NCBI RefSeq assembly: GCF_003367075.2
Contig: NZ_CP065936.1
Span: forward strand, 2,310,001 to 2,342,000
Reading direction: 5' to 3'
Source of the DNA: Cylindrospermopsis raciborskii Cr2010
GTDB taxonomy: Bacteria > Cyanobacteriota > Cyanobacteriia > Cyanobacteriales > Nostocaceae
Length of the DNA stretch: 32,000 bases
The translations under genes and the position numbers were made by a program. The notes beneath the pieces were generated by a model that was given only the letters and a program-made list of their open reading frames with translations, searched no databases and was not told where the DNA came from. Each line of letters begins with the position of its first letter. Position 1 is the stretch's first letter. Shown piece after piece: positions 9,709-18,225 of the stretch.

Positions 9709-10146
9709 GGTTAATTATGCTTCATTTTATCGGTTATTCATAAATATTTTTTGGGAATTTCTCCGGAGATGTCTCTTTAATTGTTGTAACTCTGCCTAGT
9801 AAGTTATCGTAAAGTCTCAACAATCACCAAATCTCTAAGATGAGTGATTCTACAGACAGCTAATTAGTACATATCTACCATGTTGAAGATCCATGAGCAA
9901 TTATCACCCCTGTCCTAAAAACCCTTTGACAATTCATACCAGTAATGGACAAATCAGAAATTCCAGTCTGTGCGACTTCTGCTGGAATGAATACTGCTTT
10001 TGCTGGTCAAATTACTGTATAGATGAGTGGCTTGAATTACAAAATAAGTATATGCAACGGCGGTTACAACAAAAAACATCAAACATAAAAACGTAAAAAA
10101 TACAAACCTTCAAATAAGTCAATTTTTGTTAACTCACCTTGTCAAG

Positions 10147-10288
10147 TTATGTAAGTAAACTTGATAAAGAGTTTGCACTCTTTGTAAATGGGTGGGTGGA
10201 ATTAAATATAAGATGAACGTAGGTTGCAACACCCCCACGGGTCTCGTTACTTGACCCATCCTACAAATAATTGTGCCTCCCTACTTAA
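10147..10288 (+). repeat. MITE-like structured repeat, copy A
   Basis: Shares a 36-nt identical block (10191-10226, GGTGGGTGGAATTAAATATAAGATGAACGTAGGTTG) and a 23-nt identical block (10253-10275, GACCCATCCTACAAATAATTGTG) with copy B at 26790-26915, in the same order and orientation. Imperfect terminal inverted repeats (TAAGTAGG.../...CCTACTTAA). No ORF. Confidence 0.7.
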
Positions 10289-10342
10289 AGGCAAAATAAT
10301 GAATTTACGGCAGATATATTGCAACAAAACAGGAGTGATTAA

Positions 10343-11512
10343 GTGAATATGGAAGGATTATTTCAGCGAACGGGAGTTATGCGGCAACATTTATTAAATT
10401 TATATCAAACTACTATAGCCTTGCCATGGATCCCTTCTGATTTATTACCACAAGTCTTTAAAGAGCTGCATACCACATTGAAAATGTTGCTTGGAGCTAT
10501 AGATGAACTTCATCAACAAAATGAAGAATTTGTACAAACTCGTAATTTAGTAGAAATAGAACGTCAACACTATCAGGAATTATTTGAGTATTTACCAGTA
10601 GGTTATTTACACACTAACCTCCAGGGAATAATTGAAGATGCTAACCAAGAAGCAGGAAGATTATTGAATATTAGTCAAAAATTTCTAGTTGGTAAACCCC
10701 TAATTAGTTTTATTGTTCAGGAATGCCAACAGTATTTTTGTCGTGAACTTATTGAATTATCTAAATCCGATCAAGTTAGACAATTGTTTTTAGTTTTGAA
10801 ACCGCGTTATGTTAGTTCTTTTGATGCCTGTTTAATAGTTAGATCTTGCTTCAATTTACATAGCAATCAAAGGAATTTATACTGGCTAATTCAAAAATCA
10901 TCTACATCAAGAACTGTGGAAATGACAGCAATTGATATGCACCAAGAAATATTACAAGATCGCCAAGTGCATAAATATTCTAAAAGGGATAATATTCCCT
11001 TAAGTAATACATACTTTGGATACGTCCTACAGGGTTTGGTGAAACTGAGTACATTAAGTCAAACAGGTACAGAAATTCTCATAGGTTTGGCAACCTCAGG
11101 AATGGTTTTTGGTTCCACTATGACCAATCTACCACTTTACGAAGCTACAGCTATTTCTGATGTTGAGCTAGTCCTAATTTATGTATCGGAAATGCGAGCT
11201 ATTCCTAATTTGAATCAAATGCTGTCACCAAAAATTAAACAGCGATTACAACAAACAGAGTCTTTTTTATTTATCATTAGTCATTATAATGTGGAGGATA
11301 GATTAAGCAGTTTATTAGAAATGTTAAAACTAGAACTTGGCGAACCAGTAGTAGAAGGAACAAGGTTACTTTTTCGCCTAACTCACGAGGATATTGCCAC
11401 TGCTTGTAATTCCACAAGAGTAACCATTACTCGCTTACTCAACAAACTACAGAAACAGGGTAAAATAAAATACGATGCTAATAATCATATTATAATTTGC
11501 GGTCCACAATGA
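10343..11512 (+). CDS. PAS-domain-containing Crp/Fnr-family transcriptional regulator
   Basis: 389 aa. Coiled-coil plus PAS region ([48 protein letters not shown]...), a beta-roll effector domain, and a C-terminal Crp-type HTH ([29 protein letters not shown]). GTG start at 10343 sits 7 nt after AGGAG; an alternative ATG is at 10349. Confidence 0.85.
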   Translation: MNMEGLFQRTGVMRQHLLNLYQTTIALPWIPSDLLPQVFKELHTTLKMLLGAIDELHQQNEEFVQTRNLVEIERQHYQELFEYLPVGYLHTNLQGIIEDANQEAGRLLNISQKFLVGKPLISFIVQECQQYFCRELIELSKSDQVRQLFLVLKPRYVSSFDACLIVRSCFNLHSNQRNLYWLIQKSSTSRTVEMTAIDMHQEILQDRQVHKYSKRDNIPLSNTYFGYVLQGLVKLSTLSQTGTEILIGLATSGMVFGSTMTNLPLYEATAISDVELVLIYVSEMRAIPNLNQMLSPKIKQRLQQTESFLFIISHYNVEDRLSSLLEMLKLELGEPVVEGTRLLFRLTHEDIATACNSTRVTITRLLNKLQKQGKIKYDANNHIIICGPQ

Positions 11513-14171
11513 TGAAAGGTAGCGTTCTTTGCTGCACCAACTTACTTATTCCAGAAACCTGAACTAGCTCCCAACCTTGATGAAATATTTCGTCAATCGG
11601 TACCATTTCTCCTTGGGTGGTCATAAATTTGTGATCCTTAGTTGCTCTGATTGTTGAACCGTCGTCTAAACAGTATTCGTATAAATCCTGCACCCCTCTA
11701 TCATGCCATTGACCGATAGGTTGGGTGTAGACGTTACCACTCTCGTTCAGACTAAATACTGTACAGACCATTTGCTTATCCACAATTTCTCCAATGGGCA
11801 CAAATCCATACTCCAGGGTTAAAACTTCCGTTTCATAACTTAAACAATACTCAGCGAATTTTAACATATCCGCAAATAATTGTTCAGCAACTTGTTTTTT
11901 GACCCCGTTTTTTGTTGCTCCATCAATAAATTTTTCCTGCTGTTTTTGCATTTCTGCTACCTTCTTTTTCCCCATGGCCCGACGTAGCAGATCCGCTTGT
12001 CCGAGAGAGTAACCAGCCATATCTTGAGCAATTTTCATAATCTGCTCTTGATAGACCATAATTCCGTAGGTTTCATTTAGTATGGGCTGTAAAATCTGGG
12101 ATTCGTAATCAATAGATTCCCGACCATGTTTACGATTAATAAACTTAGGAATCAACCCAGCATCTAGGGGACCGGGTCTATATAGAGCTAAAATTGAAGA
12201 GATATCTTCAATATTGGAGGGTTTTAGATCTCTAACAATTTGTTTCATTCCCGAAGATTCTAATTGAAATACACCCTCTAAATCTCCTGATTCCAGCAGA
12301 GAATAGGCTTGAGCTACATCTTTAGGTAAGGTGCTATATTCACCTTTAGCTAGGATCTTTTGAGCTTTTCTTTCTTGACGGGTAATATCATCTGGATCTA
12401 TTGTATAACCTCGGTTTTGTTCAATTAAATCTATAGTTTTTTGAATTAGGGTCAGATTTCTCAGACCCAAAAAGTCCATTTTCAACAAGCCCAGAGACTC
12501 CAAATCCTCCATAAAATATTGAGTAATAACCGAACCATCATTGTTCTTCTGCAATGGCACAATTTCATCTAATGGCTCGGAGGAAATTACCACTCCTGCT
12601 GCATGAACACCGAAGGTTTTGTTAGTTCCCTCAATGCGCATAGCCATATCTATCCAACGACGAACATGCTGTTCCTTATCATATTTGGCCTTGAATTCTG
12701 GTTCTGGAGTTTCATCGGAAATCATTACCTTAAGTTTTGTGGGTTTTCCCCTGACTACAGGAATCATCTTGGCCATTTTGTCTGCTTCACCATAGGGGAT
12801 ATCTAATACCCTGGCTACATCTTTCAGGACTGCTTTTGATGTTAAGCGGTTAAAAGTAATGATTTGGGCAACCTTATCCACACCATATTTTTCTGTTACA
12901 TAACTAATGACTTGATCCCGTTTTTCAATACAAAAGTCTGTATCAATATCAGGCATAGATTTGCGCTCTGGGTTCAAAAACCGCTCAAATAGTAGTCCGT
13001 GATGTACGGGATCAATATTGGTAATTCCCATAGCATAAGCCACCAATGAACCAGCTGCTGACCCTCGACCTGGACCTACAGGAATGTTATGATCTCGGGC
13101 AAATTTAATGTAGTCCCAAACCACTAAAAAGTAGCTGGAAAAACCCATTTGCTCAATCATTTTTAGTTCATATTCTAGTCTTTCTTTGTATACAGTATCC
13201 ACCTCATTACGAGATTTACGATTTAATCTTTTTAATAGTCCTTGCCAAGCTACTTCTTCTGTATAAGTATCCGGTGTGTGTCCTGTGGGAATGGGTGGTG
13301 CAGGAATTTTGGGTTCGTCCATAATATTATAGACTTCCACTTTCTCTGCTACTTCTGTTGTGGTAGCAATGGCTTCAGCAATTACATCATCTGTCAGGTG
13401 ATCTCGAAATAGTAACTGCATTTCTTGAGTGGATTTTAGGTACTCAGTACCGCTATACCGCATTCGCTTATCATCTGCAATTAGTTTACCAGTTTGAATA
13501 CAAAGTAGGGCATCATGGGCTTCTACGTCAAAACAGGATATGTAATGGGAATCATTGGTGGCAATAAATTTAATGTCTAGTTCTCGGGCAATTTTTACAA
13601 GTTCTACATTGACAATTCTATCTTCCTGAGAGCCATGATCTTGAATTTCTAAATAAAAGTCTTCTCCAAATACTTCTTTATACCAGGTGGCAACTTTTCT
13701 TGCTTTCTCTAATTTCCCTCCCAGTACTGCTTGGGGAATTTCTCCTGCTAAACAAGCGCTCGTTACTATTAGACCTTCTTTATGTTCTTTGAGCAAGTCT
13801 TTATTAATACAAGGACGAGAAAAAATTCCTTTTCCCTGGGTTCCTTTTAGATGAGAAATGGTGGTTAGTTTGACTAGGTTTTTATAACCTTTGGTGTTTT
13901 TTGCCAACACAACTTGATGGTATCTCGCACGACGTTCTTGTTTTTCAATGTCTCCGTTGATGATATACATCTCGTTACCTATTATTGGCTTGAATCCTGG
14001 TTTGCTACGACAGATTTTAATTAGCTCTATCGCTCCATACATTACGCCATGGTCTGTCAATGCTAAACTGTTCATCCCTAGGGCGATCGCTTGCTCTACT
14101 AACTCTGGTATTTGACTAGCGCCGTCTAGTAAACTGTAGTCACTATGAAGGTGTAAAGGTACAAAGGACAT
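11490..14171 (-). CDS. dnaE: DNA polymerase III alpha subunit, N-terminal split fragment fused to the DnaE intein N-fragment (DnaE-n)
   Basis: 893 aa. PHP domain ([16 protein letters not shown]), polymerase core ([26 protein letters not shown]) through ...KFAEY, then a switch to the intein sequence CLSYETEV.... The C-terminal third of the alpha subunit is absent from the window. Confidence 0.97.
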   Translation of the reverse strand: MSFVPLHLHSDYSLLDGASQIPELVEQAIALGMNSLALTDHGVMYGAIELIKICRSKPGFKPIIGNEMYIINGDIEKQERRARYHQVVLAKNTKGYKNLVKLTTISHLKGTQGKGIFSRPCINKDLLKEHKEGLIVTSACLAGEIPQAVLGGKLEKARKVATWYKEVFGEDFYLEIQDHGSQEDRIVNVELVKIARELDIKFIATNDSHYISCFDVEAHDALLCIQTGKLIADDKRMRYSGTEYLKSTQEMQLLFRDHLTDDVIAEAIATTTEVAEKVEVYNIMDEPKIPAPPIPTGHTPDTYTEEVAWQGLLKRLNRKSRNEVDTVYKERLEYELKMIEQMGFSSYFLVVWDYIKFARDHNIPVGPGRGSAAGSLVAYAMGITNIDPVHHGLLFERFLNPERKSMPDIDTDFCIEKRDQVISYVTEKYGVDKVAQIITFNRLTSKAVLKDVARVLDIPYGEADKMAKMIPVVRGKPTKLKVMISDETPEPEFKAKYDKEQHVRRWIDMAMRIEGTNKTFGVHAAGVVISSEPLDEIVPLQKNNDGSVITQYFMEDLESLGLLKMDFLGLRNLTLIQKTIDLIEQNRGYTIDPDDITRQERKAQKILAKGEYSTLPKDVAQAYSLLESGDLEGVFQLESSGMKQIVRDLKPSNIEDISSILALYRPGPLDAGLIPKFINRKHGRESIDYESQILQPILNETYGIMVYQEQIMKIAQDMAGYSLGQADLLRRAMGKKKVAEMQKQQEKFIDGATKNGVKKQVAEQLFADMLKFAEYCLSYETEVLTLEYGFVPIGEIVDKQMVCTVFSLNESGNVYTQPIGQWHDRGVQDLYEYCLDDGSTIRATKDHKFMTTQGEMVPIDEIFHQGWELVQVSGISKLVQQRTLPFIIVDRKL
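11493..11846 (-). other. Split DnaE intein, N-terminal fragment (IntN, 118 aa)
   Basis: Starts at the Cys codon at 11846-11844 immediately after [26 protein letters not shown]...[12 protein letters not shown]...[11 protein letters not shown]...PIDEIF aligns by eye with Npu/Ssp DnaE IntN (block A Cys1, block B TxxH). Ends at the gene stop. Confidence 0.93.
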
Positions 14172-14233
14172 AAAATAAATTTATATTAGTTGAAGTTAGT
14201 TTAACTTGGTTAAAGTTAATTATTGAGGTTCCT

Positions 14234-14262
14234 ATTATAGCCTTTTTCACAATTATTGCCAC
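14234..14262 (-). promoter_or_regulatory. Candidate promoter for dnaE-N (GTGGCA-N17-TATAAT on the minus strand)
   Basis: On the minus strand: GTGGCA (plus 14262-14257), a 17-nt spacer, and a perfect TATAAT (14239-14234), about 60 nt upstream of the ATG at 14171. Confidence 0.3.
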
Positions 14263-14287
14263 CCGGTAAAAAACTAAAAAAACTCAA

Positions 14288-15400
14288 CTATAGGGGGAAG
14301 ATGCGCACGCCATCACTAGTTTCAAAGACAAACAGATTGTTTAAATCCAAACATATTTTTAATTTTTCTCCGGGGTGTAAATGTCTATCTCTCTCTACCT
14401 GCATGTTAATCAACCCGGGACAACTAGGTAACTCCACACGAATCAATATTTCCTTTCCTAAAGGTTCTACAACCTTCACTTCTACCCATAGTTCTCCTGG
14501 TTCTTTCAGTATATTCTGGGAATCAGTTTCTTGACAAATTATACGAATATGCTCTGGACGAATACCTAAGTGATAATTTTGTCCAGGATAAACTGCGCTA
14601 ACAACTGCAATCTGATTGGGAATAGCTAATAACTGTCCACCCACATCAAACATATCCTCTTTCACTGTAGCAGGTATAATGTTCATGGGTGGATTACCCA
14701 AAAAAGTCGCTACCATCTGATTTGCGGGTAGGCCATATATGCTCTGAGGATCCCCAATTTGTTGAATTTTGCCCCGATTTAAGACTACAATTTTGTCCGC
14801 TAAGGTCATTGCTTCCACCTGGTCATGGGTAACATAAATGGTGGTAATCTTCAATTTTTGATGTAATTGTTTTAACTCGGTTCTCGTATCATCCCGTAAC
14901 TGCGTATCCAGATTAGACAAGGGTTCATCCAGTAAAAATACTTGAGGTTGACGGGCGATCGCCCTGCCTAATGCTACTCTTTGTTGTTGACCCCCGGATA
15001 ATTGCTTTGGTTTTCTGTCTAGAAGATGTTCTAAGGAGAGGGCCTTAGCAACGGACATGATCCTAGATTGAATAGTTTTGCGGTCAACCTGGCGCATTTC
15101 CAGACCGAAAGCTATATTCTCAGCAACGGTTTTATGAGGATAAAGGGCGTAATTTTGAAACACCATCGCCACATCCCGGGATCTAGCTGGTATATTATTA
15201 ACCAGGCGATCGCCTATATATAAACTACCTGAAGTTATGGTTTCTAGGCCTGCAATAGTTCTCAGAATGGTGGATTTGCCACATCCTGAAGGACCAACCA
15301 ACACCCAGAACTCACCATCTGGAACTTCAAAGGAAATATTCTCAATTGCTGTAACTTTGTCAAATTTCCGTTTGACATCATCCAAAACAACTTTAGCCAT
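14288..15400 (-). CDS. ABC transporter ATP-binding protein, MalK/UgpC (carbohydrate-uptake) type
   Basis: 370 aa. Walker A GPSGCGKST, Q-loop, signature LSGGQQQRVALGRA, Walker B FLLDEPLSNLD, H-loop, and a C-terminal MalK-like regulatory/TOBE domain. Confidence 0.92.
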   Translation of the reverse strand: MAKVVLDDVKRKFDKVTAIENISFEVPDGEFWVLVGPSGCGKSTILRTIAGLETITSGSLYIGDRLVNNIPARSRDVAMVFQNYALYPHKTVAENIAFGLEMRQVDRKTIQSRIMSVAKALSLEHLLDRKPKQLSGGQQQRVALGRAIARQPQVFLLDEPLSNLDTQLRDDTRTELKQLHQKLKITTIYVTHDQVEAMTLADKIVVLNRGKIQQIGDPQSIYGLPANQMVATFLGNPPMNIIPATVKEDMFDVGGQLLAIPNQIAVVSAVYPGQNYHLGIRPEHIRIICQETDSQNILKEPGELWVEVKVVEPLGKEILIRVELPSCPGLINMQVERDRHLHPGEKLKICLDLNNLFVFETSDGVRIFPL

Positions 15401-15511
15401 GCCTTCATTTCCTCACTTTATATTTTCTATGATATTATATGTACCTAACCGATGGATGGCAAAATTGACCACCAACATCCAAATCTCAAATTTTAATATC
15501 TAATTAATTTA

Positions 15512-16510
15512 ATGCAATTCCAAATAAGAGAATCCAGATCTATACTAGCTTCTTCTTTATTATTAATTGCCCCATTTTTCCTTTGGGGTACGGCAATGGT
15601 AGCTATGAAAGGAGTAATTCCCCATACCACACCTCTATTTATGGCAGGTGTGCGTTTAGTGCCAGCAGGAGTGCTTATTTTAATAGTCGGTGCATTTATG
15701 GGTAGACATCAACCTAAAGGATGGTTAGCATGGTTATGGATTGGATTATTTGCCGTGGTTGATGGCACCCTATTCCAAGGTTTTCTGGCGGAGGGGTTAG
15801 CTAGAACCACTGCGGGTTTGGGTTCTGTAATGATTGATTCCCAACCTTTAGCTGTTGCTCTATTATCATGGTGGTTGTTTCAAGAACGTATTGGTCTATG
15901 GGGATGGTTAGGACTGGCATTAGGAGTGATTGGTATCAGTTTAATTGGGTTACCCCAGGAGTGGATCTGGCATTTTATTCACTCAGGTGTGGTGACCAAT
16001 AGTACCAACAATAATTTGTTTGATAATTCATTACCCTTATTTGCTAGTGGCGAATGGTTAATGTTACTGGCAGCTTTATCCATGGCACTGGGAACAATAT
16101 TAATTCGTTTTGTTAGTAAATATACTGACCCTGTAATAGCTACCGGATGGCACATGATTTTGGGAGGAATACCACTTTGGGGAATTTCTTCTTTCCTAGA
16201 AGTTGACCAATGGCAAAATATACTACCCGCTGATTGGGTGGCATTAACTTATGCTACCGTATTAGGCAGTGCGATCGCATACGGTTTATTCTTTTACTTT
16301 GCCTCCACTGGCAACCTAACAAGTTTAAGTTCTTTAACCTTTCTCACCCCGGTATTTGCATTAATATTTGGTCGTATTTTACTGGGAGAGGTTTTGACTG
16401 GGATCCAATGGATAGGAGTTATGATCACACTGATTAGCATCTATTTAATTAATCAAAGAGAAAATCTACCAGGACAGGAAGACCGGAAAGTGGAGACCAT
16501 TAATGGCTAA
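15512..16510 (+). CDS. EamA/DMT-family transporter
   Basis: 332 aa with about 10 hydrophobic segments arranged as two EamA-like halves, a typical drug/metabolite transporter topology. Confidence 0.85.
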   Translation: MQFQIRESRSILASSLLLIAPFFLWGTAMVAMKGVIPHTTPLFMAGVRLVPAGVLILIVGAFMGRHQPKGWLAWLWIGLFAVVDGTLFQGFLAEGLARTTAGLGSVMIDSQPLAVALLSWWLFQERIGLWGWLGLALGVIGISLIGLPQEWIWHFIHSGVVTNSTNNNLFDNSLPLFASGEWLMLLAALSMALGTILIRFVSKYTDPVIATGWHMILGGIPLWGISSFLEVDQWQNILPADWVALTYATVLGSAIAYGLFFYFASTGNLTSLSSLTFLTPVFALIFGRILLGEVLTGIQWIGVMITLISIYLINQRENLPGQEDRKVETING

Positions 16511-16899
16511 TGAAAGAAGCGGTCTAAAGCAGCTTTTAGTTGCTCCATTTCCGCATCAATGTTACCATTTTGGGCAGCTCGGCTAATACATTCGGTTAAA
16601 TGTTCATCCAGGACGATGCGAGCAACTTTATCTAATGCACCTCGAACCGCAGCTATTTGTAATAATACCTCCGGACAGGGGCTATTCTGTTGCACCATGG
16701 TTTTAATACCGCGAATGTGTCCCTCTATGCGGGATATTCGGTTGACAATTCGTCTTAGTGATTCTTCCGTATGAACATGAGGATGACCTGGTCCCACCAA
16801 CCCCGAATTGTGACCTGGATGTTGTTGATGGTCATGGTTATGATGGTGAGTATGTATATCCTGGGAAAAATCATCAGCTAACGTATTTAACGGGTTCAT
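16507..16899 (-). CDS. CsoR/RcnR-family metal-sensing transcriptional repressor, InrS-like, with a His-rich N-terminus
   Basis: 130 aa. N-terminal HTHHHNHDHQQHPGHNSGLVGPGHPHVH, then the DUF156 core RIVNRISRIEGHIRGIKTMV...SPCPEVLLQIAAVRGAL...DEHLTEC with the C...H-x3-C ligand pattern. Confidence 0.85.
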   Translation of the reverse strand: MNPLNTLADDFSQDIHTHHHNHDHQQHPGHNSGLVGPGHPHVHTEESLRRIVNRISRIEGHIRGIKTMVQQNSPCPEVLLQIAAVRGALDKVARIVLDEHLTECISRAAQNGNIDAEMEQLKAALDRFFH

Positions 16900-17001
16900 A
16901 GATTATAAACTGCTGAACTTGAATTTTTGAGCTTCCACTTCAATAATAACTTTAGCTAAATTGGTAAGTAGAACAAGATAAAAATTGTAGATTAGGTTTT
17001 G

Positions 17002-18165
17002 ATGATGCGATTTCCTAAAGTTCGTCATTCCCCAATTACCTCTCGTGTGGTAGCAATGTTCATGGGCTTGATGTTAATGGTTTCCAGTCTGTTAGTTTCA
17101 CCCTCCCAAGCACAATCGGTACCTGCTGTAACTGATGCAATTGGTAAAAGCAGTTTTGTGACTGCCGCAGTTAATCGCGTCGGGCCTGCTGTAGTGAGAA
17201 TTGACACCGAAAAAACCATTTCTCGTCCCGTTGACCCCATTATGGAAGATCCATTCTTCCGACGCTTTTTTGGTGATACCTTCCCACCCATGTCACCAAC
17301 AGAGCAGTTAAGAGGTTTAGGTTCTGGTTTCATTATTGATAAGAGCGGCTTAGTATTGACCAATGCCCACGTCGTGGATCAAGCGGATAAAGTGACGGTG
17401 AGATTAAAAGATGGTAGAACTTTTGAAGGCAAAGTCCAAGGCATTGATGAAGTAACAGACTTAGCAGTAGTTAAAGTCAATGCAGGTAAGGACTTACCAG
17501 TAGCTGCATTAGGTTCTTCTAATAATGTACAAGTAGGAGATTGGGCGATCGCAGTGGGAAATCCTTTAGGATTTGATAATACAGTCACATTAGGAATTGT
17601 TAGTACCTTAAAACGTTCCAGCGCCCAGGTAGGAATCAGTGATAAAAGACTAGACTTCATTCAAACCGACGCAGCGATTAATCCTGGTAACTCTGGTGGT
17701 CCATTATTAAATGCGGAAGGGGAAGTAATTGGTATTAATACAGCTATTCGTGCTGATGCTATGGGTATAGGTTTTGCCATACCTATTGATAAAGCCAAAG
17801 TAATTGCGGCCGAATTACAAAAGAACGGTAAGGTTGCCCATCCTTATTTAGGAGTGCAGATGATTACCTTAACACCCCAATTATCTAGACAAAATAACAC
17901 CGATCCCAACTCTACCTTTGAACTACCAGAAGTAAATGGGGTATTAGTAATGAGAGTTGTACCTAACTCCCCTGCTGCTGAGGGTGGAGTTCGACGTGGG
18001 GATGTGATTGTGGCGATTGATGACCAACCCATAAGTAATGCTGAACAACTACAACAGGTGGTTGAGGATAGTCGTCTAGGTCAGATTTTGCGAGTGAAAG
18101 TCCAAAGAGGTAATAAAACCCAAAATCTTTCGGTGACAACCGCTGAATTGCAAAATATTTCCTAG
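17002..18165 (+). CDS. Deg/HtrA-family periplasmic serine protease with PDZ domain
   Basis: Signal-anchor-like N-terminus, catalytic-triad contexts (TNAHVV, DLAVVKV, GNSGGPLL) and a C-terminal PDZ domain (GVLVMRVVPNSPAAEGGVRRGDVIVAIDD). The track ORF starts at TTG 16999; the ATG at 17002 is more likely. Confidence 0.93.
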   Translation: MMRFPKVRHSPITSRVVAMFMGLMLMVSSLLVSPSQAQSVPAVTDAIGKSSFVTAAVNRVGPAVVRIDTEKTISRPVDPIMEDPFFRRFFGDTFPPMSPTEQLRGLGSGFIIDKSGLVLTNAHVVDQADKVTVRLKDGRTFEGKVQGIDEVTDLAVVKVNAGKDLPVAALGSSNNVQVGDWAIAVGNPLGFDNTVTLGIVSTLKRSSAQVGISDKRLDFIQTDAAINPGNSGGPLLNAEGEVIGINTAIRADAMGIGFAIPIDKAKVIAAELQKNGKVAHPYLGVQMITLTPQLSRQNNTDPNSTFELPEVNGVLVMRVVPNSPAAEGGVRRGDVIVAIDDQPISNAEQLQQVVEDSRLGQILRVKVQRGNKTQNLSVTTAELQNIS

Positions 18166-18197
18166 GTGAAATCTCACCAATTCATCTCCCTTAAGCT

Positions 18198-18225
18198 TCT
18201 CCGGTCTGAAGACACGGAGATTTCT
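18198..18225 (+). terminator. Candidate intrinsic terminator of the htrA-like gene
   Basis: Stem TCTCCG/CGGAGA (18198-18203 and 18215-18220), an 11-nt loop, followed by TTTCT. Lies 33 nt after the stop codon. Confidence 0.35.

Noticed and set aside
9709-10342. Scanned this and other intergenic regions for NtcA sites (GTA-N8-TAC) and LexA-like boxes.
   Set aside because: Only partial matches were found (for example GTA-N8-TAA near 9810, and AGTTA-N3-TAACT at 14203-14215 upstream of dnaE-N). None meets the consensus, so none is reported as a site.
11490-14171. dnaE appears truncated, which could mean a pseudogene or an assembly break.
   Set aside because: The ORF ends in a complete, well-formed DnaE IntN sequence starting with Cys right after FAEY. 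This is the normal split-gene organisation in cyanobacteria, not decay.
12603-18032. Track ORFs 12603-12806(+), 14256-14534(+), 15237-15503(+), 16234-16437(+), 16559-16774(+), 17025-17363(-), 17379-17660(-) and 17844-18032(-).
   Set aside because: Each is antisense or out of frame within dnaE-N, the ABC ATPase, EamA, the CsoR-like gene or the HtrA genes. None has independent support.
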